A stretch of DNA of 64,000 nucleotides from the IMG/VR virus record IMGVR_UViG_3300032242_000488, positions 1-64,000 of that record; one strand, 5' to 3'. The DNA is from a virus. Below the pieces are notes generated by a model, which searched no databases, was not told the DNA's origin, and saw nothing but the letters and a program-made list of their open reading frames with translations. The stretch's first letter is position 1. Every line of letters starts with the position of its first letter. Below are positions 6,978-14,365 of the stretch, piece by piece. A program made the position numbers and the translations under genes.

Positions 6978-8474
6978 TTATAAACTTAACTTTTTTTGTA
7001 TGTAGTTAGGGATATATTTTTCTGGAAAGTTCCTTTGGTATTGATGTGTCCCATTAAGTTTTAATTTTTCTTGGGTAGACAATGGCATACCATTATTATC
7101 ACATATTATGCCTATAAGTCCATTTCCATTTCCCTGTCCACCAAGTTTGTGCAGATTGTATTTTCCAACTTTTAGTAATAGAGTACAATCATTAGCAATA
7201 GCATCGGCTTCGTATATATTCATGTTATCATTTTCCCAAATGACTCCATCTGATGTGCCGACATTACATTTTTTTAACGGATCGGTGTTAGTGATATCAT
7301 CCATAATTCGATAACCGTATTTTGTAAAGTTTTTAGACAGTTCTGAGCCTCGAGGATCATCTGGATCTTGTATATAAAGAGCGTTCATCATCCATGAATG
7401 GTGGCTCCAATTAGCTTTGATCCACTTTGAAGTTTCTGCTAATGATTCTTTTGTCTCATAAGGTAATCCTGCAATAAGAGATATTTGAGGACGATATTCA
7501 AAACCTGCATGTTTTATAAAATAATTAGATACATCTATTAGGCCTTCTTTCATTTTAGAAACATCCATGCCCTTGCCAATGGCTTTGGCAGACTCTTGAT
7601 TGAAGGTTTCGATGCCATGGAAGTGTGCTAGGACTCTCATCCTTAATAATTCTTCTCTATCCTTAGGACGACTTATTAATAGATCGGCTCTAATATATGC
7701 CCAAAAATAAGGATCGTAGGGCAATGTTTCTACCATGTCTGCAAACTTTGTAACTTTTTCTGTGCTATCATTAAACGTGTCGTCAACGATAGCATAATCC
7801 TTCATTCCAAAGTGTTCATAATTGTATAGTAGCTGTTCTTTAATGCTATCTGCATTAGAGGTATAATCGCCTCTTACACCAAGAATAGGATAGTTGCAAA
7901 ATTTACAAGCAAATTTACAACCTCTGCTCATTTCAACTGTGCCAAATTCGTTCGGTAAAATAAAATCTCTATTTTGAAATTTTACAATAGGGCTTCGAAA
8001 TGGGTACGACTCATGAGCGTGTAGAGCATTGATAATTTTAGTATGACTGTTAACTACAGAAAGATCAAACTTAGGCCTGGTGCCGTTACTGAATAGATAT
8101 TTTAATAATACATCTAACGCATTTTCGCCGTAGCCTGCTATATGATAATCAACAAGTGGGTTATTACTAATTGGAGCTTGCCCGCCAGTTATCGTAACAA
8201 TGTGAGGCCATTTAATTTTAACATACGCAAGGATGACATTCATTGTATCTATAGCAGATGATCTATTAAATAAAAGTGAGATCCCGATAAATTTAGTGTT
8301 TGATGTTATTCTTGAATCAATAAGACTATAGAGTTGTTCGTTCGTAAAATACACAGTAAAATCGACTACTTCTACATCCCAAGATTGTTCTCTTAAATGT
8401 GATGCAATTCTGTGGGAACCTGCGCTTCTTTCTTTAAGACCGGCACAAACTGAAAAGATGATTGCATGATTCAT
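6978..8474 (-). CDS. radical SAM protein, B12-binding-like N-terminus
   Basis: CKFACKFC motif, DDTFN, GIETFN, LIAGLPYET; start moved to MNHAII after TATAAATA at 8479-8486. Confidence 0.85.
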   Translation of the reverse strand: MNHAIIFSVCAGLKERSAGSHRIASHLREQSWDVEVVDFTVYFTNEQLYSLIDSRITSNTKFIGISLLFNRSSAIDTMNVILAYVKIKWPHIVTITGGQAPISNNPLVDYHIAGYGENALDVLLKYLFSNGTRPKFDLSVVNSHTKIINALHAHESYPFRSPIVKFQNRDFILPNEFGTVEMSRGCKFACKFCNYPILGVRGDYTSNADSIKEQLLYNYEHFGMKDYAIVDDTFNDSTEKVTKFADMVETLPYDPYFWAYIRADLLISRPKDREELLRMRVLAHFHGIETFNQESAKAIGKGMDVSKMKEGLIDVSNYFIKHAGFEYRPQISLIAGLPYETKESLAETSKWIKANWSHHSWMMNALYIQDPDDPRGSELSKNFTKYGYRIMDDITNTDPLKKCNVGTSDGVIWENDNMNIYEADAIANDCTLLLKVGKYNLHKLGGQGNGNGLIGIICDNNGMPLSTQEKLKLNGTHQYQRNFPEKYIPNYIQKKLSL

Positions 8475-8541
8475 ACTATATTTATAGTTAAGAGTTGACC
8501 CTAAAAAATTTAAGTACACTAAGATAATAGAAATAAATATA

Positions 8542-9495
8542 ATGTTACCAATAAGGCCTAACATGAAAAAGAAACTCTGCTTAGTATATCAACTGTTTAC
8601 AAAGTGCAATATAGGTTGCAAGTACTGTTATAATTATTTTGATCAGGATGTACTTCCCTTCAATTATTATACATCCAAAGTTGGTAAACTTTTAGAATTA
8701 TACCATGATGAAACTTGTTTTGTTTTGAATGGCGGTGAGCCCTTGTTGCTTAAAGGATTTCAACATCTAGTAAATCAAGCGACTGAAAAAGCAAAAACAT
8801 ATACCTATACTAATGGTACTCTAAGTACATTGCACTATAAGAGATTTATTGATAGTCTTGAGCACAAAGACAAATTTTATATGACAATCAGTTTACACTG
8901 TATGGAAGTGCTAAGAGATAATAAATTACCTGAGAAGTACTTTAAAAATATTGAAGTTTTTGCTAAGAATATTCCCAACTTAAAAATCAACCTAGTAGTT
9001 GATGAAGAGTTTCAAGGTGAATACTTACAGGTAATTAGACAAACTATGAGAGAAATTAAACAAAAAACTTCTCTCAAATATGTTAATATTCTAATCGCTG
9101 ATCATATGTATGAAGATGAATTTAAACTATTGCGTTTGTTAAATCAAGATTTTATTGACTTTGTTGAAGAAATTGATAGCAATTTTACTTATAAAAATTG
9201 CATGTGGGACAATACTAGACAGTCATTAACAGAAATGATCAAAGACATAAAAGAAAATATCGTGTTAAAGTTAGCCGGAAAGGATTTCAAAATTCCATAT
9301 GAATATGAATTTGGACAAATATTTTTCTTAGAAAGTCCCGAAGGAATGATTATTCAGGAATTTTTAGGTGACGGACGTCAAGAACATAAAATACCGTTTG
9401 ATCAATTTGACGCATTTGTTGAAGATATCAAACCAAAAGTACAAAGCAAGCCTCTTAGAAAAATTACAACATTATCGTCTGTTGGAATAATCTAA
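8542..9495 (+). CDS. radical SAM protein
   Basis: CNIGCKYC, GGEPLL, TNG motifs; true start may be 8563. Confidence 0.85.
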   Translation: MLPIRPNMKKKLCLVYQLFTKCNIGCKYCYNYFDQDVLPFNYYTSKVGKLLELYHDETCFVLNGGEPLLLKGFQHLVNQATEKAKTYTYTNGTLSTLHYKRFIDSLEHKDKFYMTISLHCMEVLRDNKLPEKYFKNIEVFAKNIPNLKINLVVDEEFQGEYLQVIRQTMREIKQKTSLKYVNILIADHMYEDEFKLLRLLNQDFIDFVEEIDSNFTYKNCMWDNTRQSLTEMIKDIKENIVLKLAGKDFKIPYEYEFGQIFFLESPEGMIIQEFLGDGRQEHKIPFDQFDAFVEDIKPKVQSKPLRKITTLSSVGII

Positions 9496-9657
9496 TCACA
9501 AGTTGTTGATAAAGCGAAGTGCTTTGTTGACATTAGTAAAGTATCGCACAGTTAGTTCTATATCGTAGATATCACGAACCATAACGATACACACTCCCTC
9601 ATACAATGATAGATGAAAGTGCAATCCTGCAGGGGTAACGCTTTCGTATGTCTTCAT
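9496..9657 (-). CDS. small hypothetical protein (53 aa, not in ORF track)
   Basis: MKTYESVTPAGLHFHLSLYEGVCIVMVRDIYDIELTVRYFTNVNKALRFINNL; TAAATA upstream on minus strand. Confidence 0.5.
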   Translation of the reverse strand: MKTYESVTPAGLHFHLSLYEGVCIVMVRDIYDIELTVRYFTNVNKALRFINNL

Positions 9658-9667
9658 ATTAATATTT

Positions 9668-9742
9668 ACCGCTTTCGTTCAATGGACAGGACATGATTCT
9701 TCTAAATTCATAATAGTGGTTCGATTCCACTAGGCGGTGCCA
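9668..9742 (+). tRNA. tRNA-Arg(TCT)
   Basis: Loop CTTCTAA, A20, GCCA. Confidence 0.85.
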
Positions 9743-9746
9743 ATAT

Positions 9747-9820
9747 GCTCTTATAGTTTAATGGTAGAACACTCGCTTGGTATGCGAGCAATGGTAGTTC
9801 GATTCTACCTTGGAGCACCA
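9747..9820 (+). tRNA. tRNA-Thr(GGT)
   Basis: Loop TTGGTAT, CCA. Confidence 0.9.
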
Positions 9821-9821
9821 T

Positions 9822-9899
9822 GCCCCCTTAGCCCAATTGGTATGAGGCGTCTCTCTCAAAAGGAGAATCGTGTCGGTTCGAGTCCGACAGGGGGTACCA
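9822..9899 (+). tRNA. tRNA-Leu(CAA), short variable arm
   Basis: Loop CTCAAAA, variable region ATCGT, CCA. Confidence 0.85.
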
Positions 9900-9920
9900 A
9901 TATAATAAGTAAATGACAAT

Positions 9921-10010
9921 GGAAATGTGGCAGAGTCCGGTTTATTGCAACAGTCTTGAAAACTGTCGATCAGAAATGGTCCGTGAGTTCGAATCTCACC
10001 GTTTCCGCCA
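9921..10010 (+). tRNA. tRNA-Ser(TGA)
   Basis: Class II cloverleaf, loop CTTGAAA, GCCA. Confidence 0.93.
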
Positions 10011-10027
10011 ATAATCAAAAAAATATG

Positions 10028-10056
10028 TTGACAATGTCACAAAGTGATGTTATAAT
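10028..10056 (+). promoter_or_regulatory. sigma70 promoter
   Basis: TTGACA-N17-TATAAT. Confidence 0.85.
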
Positions 10057-10081
10057 ACATACATGTTAAGAAATTAACATA

Positions 10082-10093
10082 CGTTCTTTAAAA
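10082..10093 (+). promoter_or_regulatory. boxA-like antitermination site
   Basis: CGTTCTTTAAAA resembles rrn boxA TGCTCTTTAACA; lies in the leader of the tRNA operon. Confidence 0.55.
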
Positions 10094-10115
10094 ATTAATT
10101 ACAAGTAAAACTTGT

Positions 10116-10200
10116 GGACAGGTGGGTGAGTGGTTAATACCAGCAGACTGTAAATCTGCCCTCTTAGAGTACGATGGTTCGAATCCGTCCCTGTCCACCA
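10116..10200 (+). tRNA. tRNA-Tyr(GTA)
   Basis: Canonical class II, loop CTGTAAA, CCA. Confidence 0.93.
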
Positions 10201-10234
10201 TATTAAAGCATATTCTGCGAGTGTGTTTTAATAT

Positions 10235-10324
10235 GGAGCGGTGGCCGAACGGTAAGGCAGCGGATTGCTAATCCGTAGACTCATGAAAGTGGGTCACTGG
10301 GTTCGACTCCCAGTCGCTCCGCCA
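10235..10324 (+). tRNA. tRNA-Ser(GCT)
   Basis: Class II, loop TTGCTAA, GCCA. Confidence 0.93.
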
Positions 10325-10329
10325 TATTT

Positions 10330-10406
10330 GGAGTAGTAGCGCAGTTGGTTAGCGCACTGGCCTGTCACGCCGGGGGTCGCGGGTTCGAGTCCCGTCTACT
10401 CCGCCA
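10330..10406 (+). tRNA. tRNA-Asp(GTC)
   Basis: Canonical, loop CTGTCAC, GCCA. Confidence 0.95.
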
Positions 10407-10423
10407 GATATAGCAGACGGTAG

Positions 10424-10452
10424 TTGACAGCTACTAAATATTCTGCTATAAT
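10424..10452 (+). promoter_or_regulatory. sigma70 promoter
   Basis: TTGACA-N17-TATAAT. Confidence 0.8.
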
Positions 10453-10460
10453 AGTTATTT

Positions 10461-10535
10461 GCCGGATTAGCTCAGTGGTAGAGCAACCGCCTTGTAAGCG
10501 GTAGGTCGTCAGTTCAATCCCGACATCCGGCACCA
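10461..10535 (+). tRNA. tRNA-Thr(TGT)
   Basis: Canonical, loop CTTGTAA, CCA. Confidence 0.93.
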
Positions 10536-10544
10536 AAAGTTTTT

Positions 10545-10628
10545 GCCCTGGTGGTGGAATGGTAGACACGATGGTCTTAGAAGCCATTGTCGAAAGGCGT
10601 GGGAGTTCGAGTCTCCCCTGGGGCACCA
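10545..10628 (+). tRNA. tRNA-Leu(TAG)
   Basis: Class II, loop CTTAGAA, CCA. Confidence 0.93.
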
Positions 10629-10635
10629 TTTAGTT

Positions 10636-10709
10636 GCGGGATTAGTTTAATGGTAAAACAGCAGATTTCCAATCTTCGGTCAAGAGTTCGATTCTCTTAT
10701 CCCGCTCCA
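10636..10709 (+). tRNA. tRNA-Gly(TCC)
   Basis: Loop TTTCCAA, TCCA. Confidence 0.92.
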
Positions 10710-10733
10710 TAGTTTAATAACGTAAAGGTATAT

Positions 10734-10964
10734 ATGAGTAAACCAATCGGTCTTAGTCGCGGTCCAGAAATTGACACAGATTTATGTGTTGCTAACATTG
10801 GCAATAGATACAATCTTGTACTAGTAGCCGCACATCGCGCAAAGGAAATCAAGCGTCAACATAAAGACAGTGACAAGCGTGAACATGTTCACAGCAACAT
10901 CACAGCGTTACTTGAAATCCAAGCAGGCAAGGTTGGTGTTGACTATCTGAAGAGAATTAAATAA
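10734..10964 (+). CDS. rpoZ: RNA polymerase omega subunit homolog
   Basis: NRYNLVLVAAHRAKEI and ALLEIQAGKV match the omega consensus (NRFDLVLVAARRARQ...ALREIEEG). Confidence 0.8.
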   Translation: MSKPIGLSRGPEIDTDLCVANIGNRYNLVLVAAHRAKEIKRQHKDSDKREHVHSNITALLEIQAGKVGVDYLKRIK

Positions 10965-10967
10965 TTT

Positions 10968-11044
<77 letters not shown>

Positions 11045-11050
11045 ATATTT

Positions 11051-11125
11051 GCCTGGTTAGCTCAGGGGTAGAGCAACGCCTTTACACGGCGAAGGTCCGC
11101 GGTTCGAAACCGTGACCAGGTACCA
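11051..11125 (+). tRNA. tRNA-Val(TAC)
   Basis: Loop TTTACAC, CCA. Confidence 0.92.
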
Positions 11126-11143
11126 AATAACAAAAAGGAAAAT

Positions 11144-11374
11144 ATGTTAAAACCAAATAAGACGTTTAGGTTAAGTAAGACAGCAAAACGTATGATAGCA
11201 TTGATGAAAGGTTCTACAGCAGAACAACGTAATCAATACAAACGTATGATGATTCAGGCAGAGTTAGCGGCGGCTATTGTAGTCAAGCCAACTAAGACTG
11301 ATCGTAATGCGCCCCGTGGAACAGCTACTGGTACTACCGGTAGTCATGCTTACACAACACCAAGCGCAGAATAA
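11144..11374 (+). CDS. basic hypothetical protein
   Basis: AAGGA RBS; fills the gap between two tRNAs. Confidence 0.6.
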   Translation: MLKPNKTFRLSKTAKRMIALMKGSTAEQRNQYKRMMIQAELAAAIVVKPTKTDRNAPRGTATGTTGSHAYTTPSAE

Positions 11375-11381
11375 GATTTAT

Positions 11382-11457
11382 TCCCCAATAGCTCAGTCGG
11401 TAGAGTAGCAGACTGTTAATCTGTTGGTCCGTGGTTCGAGCCCACGTTGGGGAGCCA
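11382..11457 (+). tRNA. tRNA-Asn(GTT)
   Basis: Canonical, loop CTGTTAA, GCCA. Confidence 0.95.
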
Positions 11458-11465
11458 GATAATTT

Positions 11466-11541
11466 GGGGGTTTAGCTCAGTTGGGAGAGCGTTTGCTTTG
11501 CAAGCAAAATGTCGCAGGTTCGATCCCTGTAACCTCCACCA
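11466..11541 (+). tRNA. tRNA-Ala(TGC)
   Basis: Canonical, G3:U70, loop TTTGCAA. Confidence 0.95.
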
Positions 11542-11548
11542 AATATAT

Positions 11549-11624
11549 GCGGGAGTAGCTCAGTTGGTAGAGCATTACCTTGCCAAGGTAAATGTCGCGA
11601 GTTCGAACCTCGTCTCCCGCTCCA
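11549..11624 (+). tRNA. tRNA-Gly(GCC)
   Basis: Canonical, loop TTGCCAA, TCCA. Confidence 0.95.
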
Positions 11625-11630
11625 GAATAT

Positions 11631-11705
11631 GGAGCCATCGTCTATCGGTTAGGACATCAGGTTTTCATCCTGAGAAGAGGGGTTCGACTCCCCTTGGCTC
11701 TTCCA
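11631..11705 (+). tRNA. tRNA-Glu(TTC)
   Basis: Loop TTTTCAT, CCA. Confidence 0.9.
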
Positions 11706-11849
11706 GTTTTGTTTATGTGTGTACGGTTACCCATATGTGAGTAGCGAGTCGCCCAAGACACTTGTTACTGTACCTGATGCCCGTAGCAGACTTACGTCGA
11801 GTAAGTTCAGCAAGTAGCTTGGACACTACAAGCGATAAACAAATTCATT

Positions 11850-11941
11850 GCCAGCGAGACTTGACAGTCAGAGAGGTTTTATAAACCTTTTAGCGCCAGA
11901 TTAGCGTTCTTGAGAGGGTTTGATTCCCTCCGCTGGTACCA
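11850..11941 (+). tRNA. non-canonical tRNA with TAT anticodon (Ile-like)
   Basis: 7-bp acceptor, tiny D arm GACT-TGAC-AGTC, loop TTTATAA, long variable arm, T-loop TTTGATT, CCA. Confidence 0.6.
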
Positions 11942-11945
11942 GTTT

Positions 11946-12058
11946 TAGGATAGATGACAGCAAACCCTAGCGGCTAATACCCGCATCCAAAGGACCGGGG
12001 GAACCCAGTCGAGCATGTTCGCTAATCATGTAGAAAAAATCGGCAAAAGCCTATCCTG
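11946..12058 (+). ncRNA. ACAGCAA-scaffold RNA copy 4
   Basis: TAGGATAG/CTATCCTG stem, ACAGCAA, three internal hairpins. Confidence 0.72.
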
Positions 12059-12502
12059 TTAAAACCCCGTCTACACTTCTACGTTAAGGAAGTGCGTAAT
12101 TACAGTGACGATAACTGTACGGTGCATTGGATCTACCGCAAGGCCCATTTAAGGCGACTTGAAAAATCACAAAGGCGGGGACGTTTCCCGTCTAGATGGA
12201 AAAAGAACGTGGACAGAGTAACCGCTCAGTTTAGGGCTCATGTGGTGTGAGTAGCTAGACACTTTATTAAAGCAAACTAGAATCTGTAAAAAGATCAGGT
12301 TTGGTATCCCAGAAGCTCTTTGACATAGTCATAACTTTTAATACACCTTAGTTTGTTTTAATAAAGTAATTTTATACGTGCTCTTTGAGTAGCTACAGTG
12401 GAACACCGAAATACCGGTCAATGTCGACCATGTACCGGGACCGGCCATGAAGAGAGGGGCTACCGCGAATTCAAGCGTCACAGAGAGCACCTATAAAGTT
12501 AT

Positions 12503-12578
12503 CGCGGGGAGGGTCCGGTCACCAGCGTGGTCTCATAAGCCATTGCCATCCTTGGTTCAAATCCAAGCCCCGCAACCA
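12503..12578 (+). tRNA. initiator-like tRNA-fMet(CAT), divergent
   Basis: CGCGGGG acceptor with C1:A72 mismatch, loop CTCATAA, CCA. Confidence 0.8.
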
Positions 12579-12831
12579 TTTTTATCAGTAAGGAACTTAG
12601 GGTATCGGGAGTCCGTAATGGGAAGCATAAAAGGTCGGAAGCCTTTAATGTTTGATGATTATAAATCATACTCCAGCCGGGTGGTAGATCAGGACATACA
12701 GTCCGGGCGATCTTCAAAAGCAGTTGATACTCCATGTTTGCTAGACCAGTAGAGCGCGACTGTATGCCGCGGGTAGCCAAGTCTGACTTTCGTCGACCAA
12801 AACTCTCCAAGTTCCTTTCTAATAAAAATAT

Positions 12832-12909
12832 GCAACGGTGGCAGAGTGGCCCAATGCAACGGATTGCAAATCCGTAAAACCGTCAGTTCAAATCTGACCC
12901 GTTGCTCCA
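12832..12909 (+). tRNA. tRNA-Cys(GCA)
   Basis: Loop TTGCAAA, U73, CCA. Confidence 0.92.
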
Positions 12910-12970
12910 TTTAAAGCTGATTTTAACAAAAAAAGATAAGTACGTATATAACACACGGAGTAGCGAAATC

Positions 12971-13405
12971 ATGATTAAATTCATTAGGGATCTTTCTAAT
13001 AGTCTTTTAGAATATATTAAAGATGATCCGGTCCGACCGAATCTATCAGTTGACTTTAGAGTTAGTGACGGCCGAATGGTTATTGCCTTAATGGATGAAG
13101 AAACGCCTGCCGCAATGGTATGTGTTAGCCTACATGACTTTATTCCGGCGAGTGTAGAAGAACTTGCTACTACAGCAATGGAACCCACTACAGCTATATT
13201 CTATACTATTTGGAGTTATAGAGCTGGTAGTGGTAGAGATCTGTTATTCAAATCAGTAGAAGCTCTTAAGAAAGATTATCCAACACTCAACCGTTTTGTT
13301 ACACTAAGTCCAAAGACTGAAATGGCAAAGAAATTCCATCACAAAAACGGTGCTCAAACATTCCGTGAAAACGAAGATACCATTAACTATGAGTATCATA
13401 TCTAA
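12971..13405 (+). CDS. hypothetical protein, GNAT/malonyl-CoA decarboxylase-like fold
   Basis: TAIFYTIWS and FVTLSP motifs resemble the MCD C-terminal domain; start moved out of tRNA-Cys. Confidence 0.5.
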   Translation: MIKFIRDLSNSLLEYIKDDPVRPNLSVDFRVSDGRMVIALMDEETPAAMVCVSLHDFIPASVEELATTAMEPTTAIFYTIWSYRAGSGRDLLFKSVEALKKDYPTLNRFVTLSPKTEMAKKFHHKNGAQTFRENEDTINYEYHI

Positions 13406-13414
13406 ACTTCGGAC

Positions 13415-13443
13415 TTGACCTTTTGCATTAAAGAACGTATAAT
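13415..13443 (+). promoter_or_regulatory. sigma70 promoter
   Basis: TTGACC-N17-TATAAT. Confidence 0.7.
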
Positions 13444-13449
13444 AAGTAC

Positions 13450-13550
13450 GTGGTCGTAAGCAAATAGGCAAAGCTCCAATCCAGAAATGGTGAGGGACGG
13501 GACTAGGCTATTAGCCGTCTTTGTAGGTTCAAGCCCTACCGACCACACCA
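13450..13550 (+). tRNA. tRNA-like RNA (Leu-like, degenerate anticodon arm)
   Basis: Perfect acceptor GTGGTCG/CGACCAC, Leu-type D loop, T arm, CCA; 101 nt. Confidence 0.5.
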
Positions 13551-13567
13551 AATATAAAGGAAGCCGT

Positions 13568-13711
13568 ATGTCAAAACCAGACGAAGTATTGCAAAAAGCA
13601 TACGGCAGTATGCCAAAAGAAGTTGGCTACTCTATAGATTGGGATTTTATCCCCACCTGGAGAGGCGTCAAATATTACTGGTATATTCTGGTAAGAAAAC
13701 TCACACGATAA
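13568..13711 (+). CDS. small hypothetical protein
   Basis: AAAGGA RBS, MSKPDEVLQK... Confidence 0.5.
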   Translation: MSKPDEVLQKAYGSMPKEVGYSIDWDFIPTWRGVKYYWYILVRKLTR

Positions 13712-13712
13712 A

Positions 13713-13787
13713 CTCCCGGTAGTTCAATGGATAGAACCACTCTCTCCTAAAGAGTAAATGTGGGTTCGATTCCCGCCCAGGAGACCA
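13713..13787 (+). tRNA. tRNA-Arg(CCT)
   Basis: Loop CTCCTAA, CCA. Confidence 0.9.
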
Positions 13788-13819
13788 AAATTTATTTTGT
13801 ACAGGTTGTCCAAAATAGA

Positions 13820-13848
13820 TAGACACATAACAGTAAAGACGTTATAAT
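13820..13848 (+). promoter_or_regulatory. sigma70 promoter for ncRNA-DUF2828 operon
   Basis: TAGACA-N17-TATAAT. Confidence 0.7.
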
Positions 13849-13880
13849 AGACACATAGCAAGGAAACTTGTAAAGAGTTT

Positions 13881-14046
13881 TAGGATCGGTACAGCAATTC
13901 ATACATACTATGGAATGTTAGACACTGTGGTAGTTGGTGGAGCAGAGTGCGTAAAAACACCGAGCGTTGAAGTCAACTATTGAAACAAGACTAACGAGCA
14001 CAGAGTGATGGCCTGTGTAAAATAAAAGCAGTCAACAACGATCCTG
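13881..14046 (+). ncRNA. ACAGCAA-scaffold RNA copy 5
   Basis: TAGGATCG/CGATCCTG stem, ACAGCAA, multi-hairpin insert. Confidence 0.75.
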
Positions 14047-14053
14047 TTAGTCA

Positions 14054-14284
14054 TAGGATGACTACAGCAATTAAAATACTCTGAACTAACTGCTATAGAA
14101 GGTGGTCGCAGGACAGGCAGAAATGCTTTCTAGAAATAGACACCGAAGGAATAGATAGACTGGCAAAGCACCAGGTATGATTTACATACAGAAAAACATG
14201 TAATAGACAACATGAGTTGTTGTTAGGGTCTGGGTGCCATGATTGACCAGACCAGAAAATAAACAAATTGGCACGATCATCCTG
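14054..14284 (+). ncRNA. ACAGCAA-scaffold RNA copy 6
   Basis: TAGGATGA/TCATCCTG stem, ACAGCAA, insert with GAAA-capped hairpins and GGTCTGG/CCAGACC stem. Confidence 0.75.
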
Positions 14285-14294
14285 TTTAAAGTTT

Positions 14295-14351
14295 TAGAAT
14301 GTTAACAGCAACTTTAATTTTTCACGCATATCGAAAAGAAAATACATTCTG
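14295..14351 (+). ncRNA. ACAGCAA-scaffold RNA copy 7
   Basis: TAGAATGT/ACATTCTG stem (compensatory G-C to A-T change), ACAGCAA, internal TTTTC/GAAAA hairpin. Confidence 0.72.
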
Positions 14352-14365
14352 TAAAGGTAATTAAA

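Noticed and set aside
9668-9742. Amber suppressor (CTA) reading of this tRNA, and genome recoding
   Set aside because: Arm register gives loop CTTCTAA (Arg-TCT) with A20; TAG is used as a normal stop and giant ORFs are intact in code 11
11775-11815. Hammerhead ribozyme suggested by CTGATG
   Set aside because: Lacks CUGAnGA and the downstream GAAA core
11970-12004. Short resemblance to rRNA sequences (GCTAATACC.GCAT, ACCGGGGGAAC) inside scaffold copy 4
   Set aside because: Matches are only about 10-13 nt and could be chance; no rRNA gene is present
12590-12817. RNase P RNA, tmRNA or 6S identity
   Set aside because: No GAGGAAAGTCC P4 motif, no tmRNA tRNA-like ends; left as unassigned structured RNA
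13881-14351. CRISPR mini-array reading of the tandem TAGGAT...ACAGCAA repeats
   Set aside because: Units are inverted-repeat-closed, spacing varies from about 57 to 230 nt, inserts are structured and no cas genes are present
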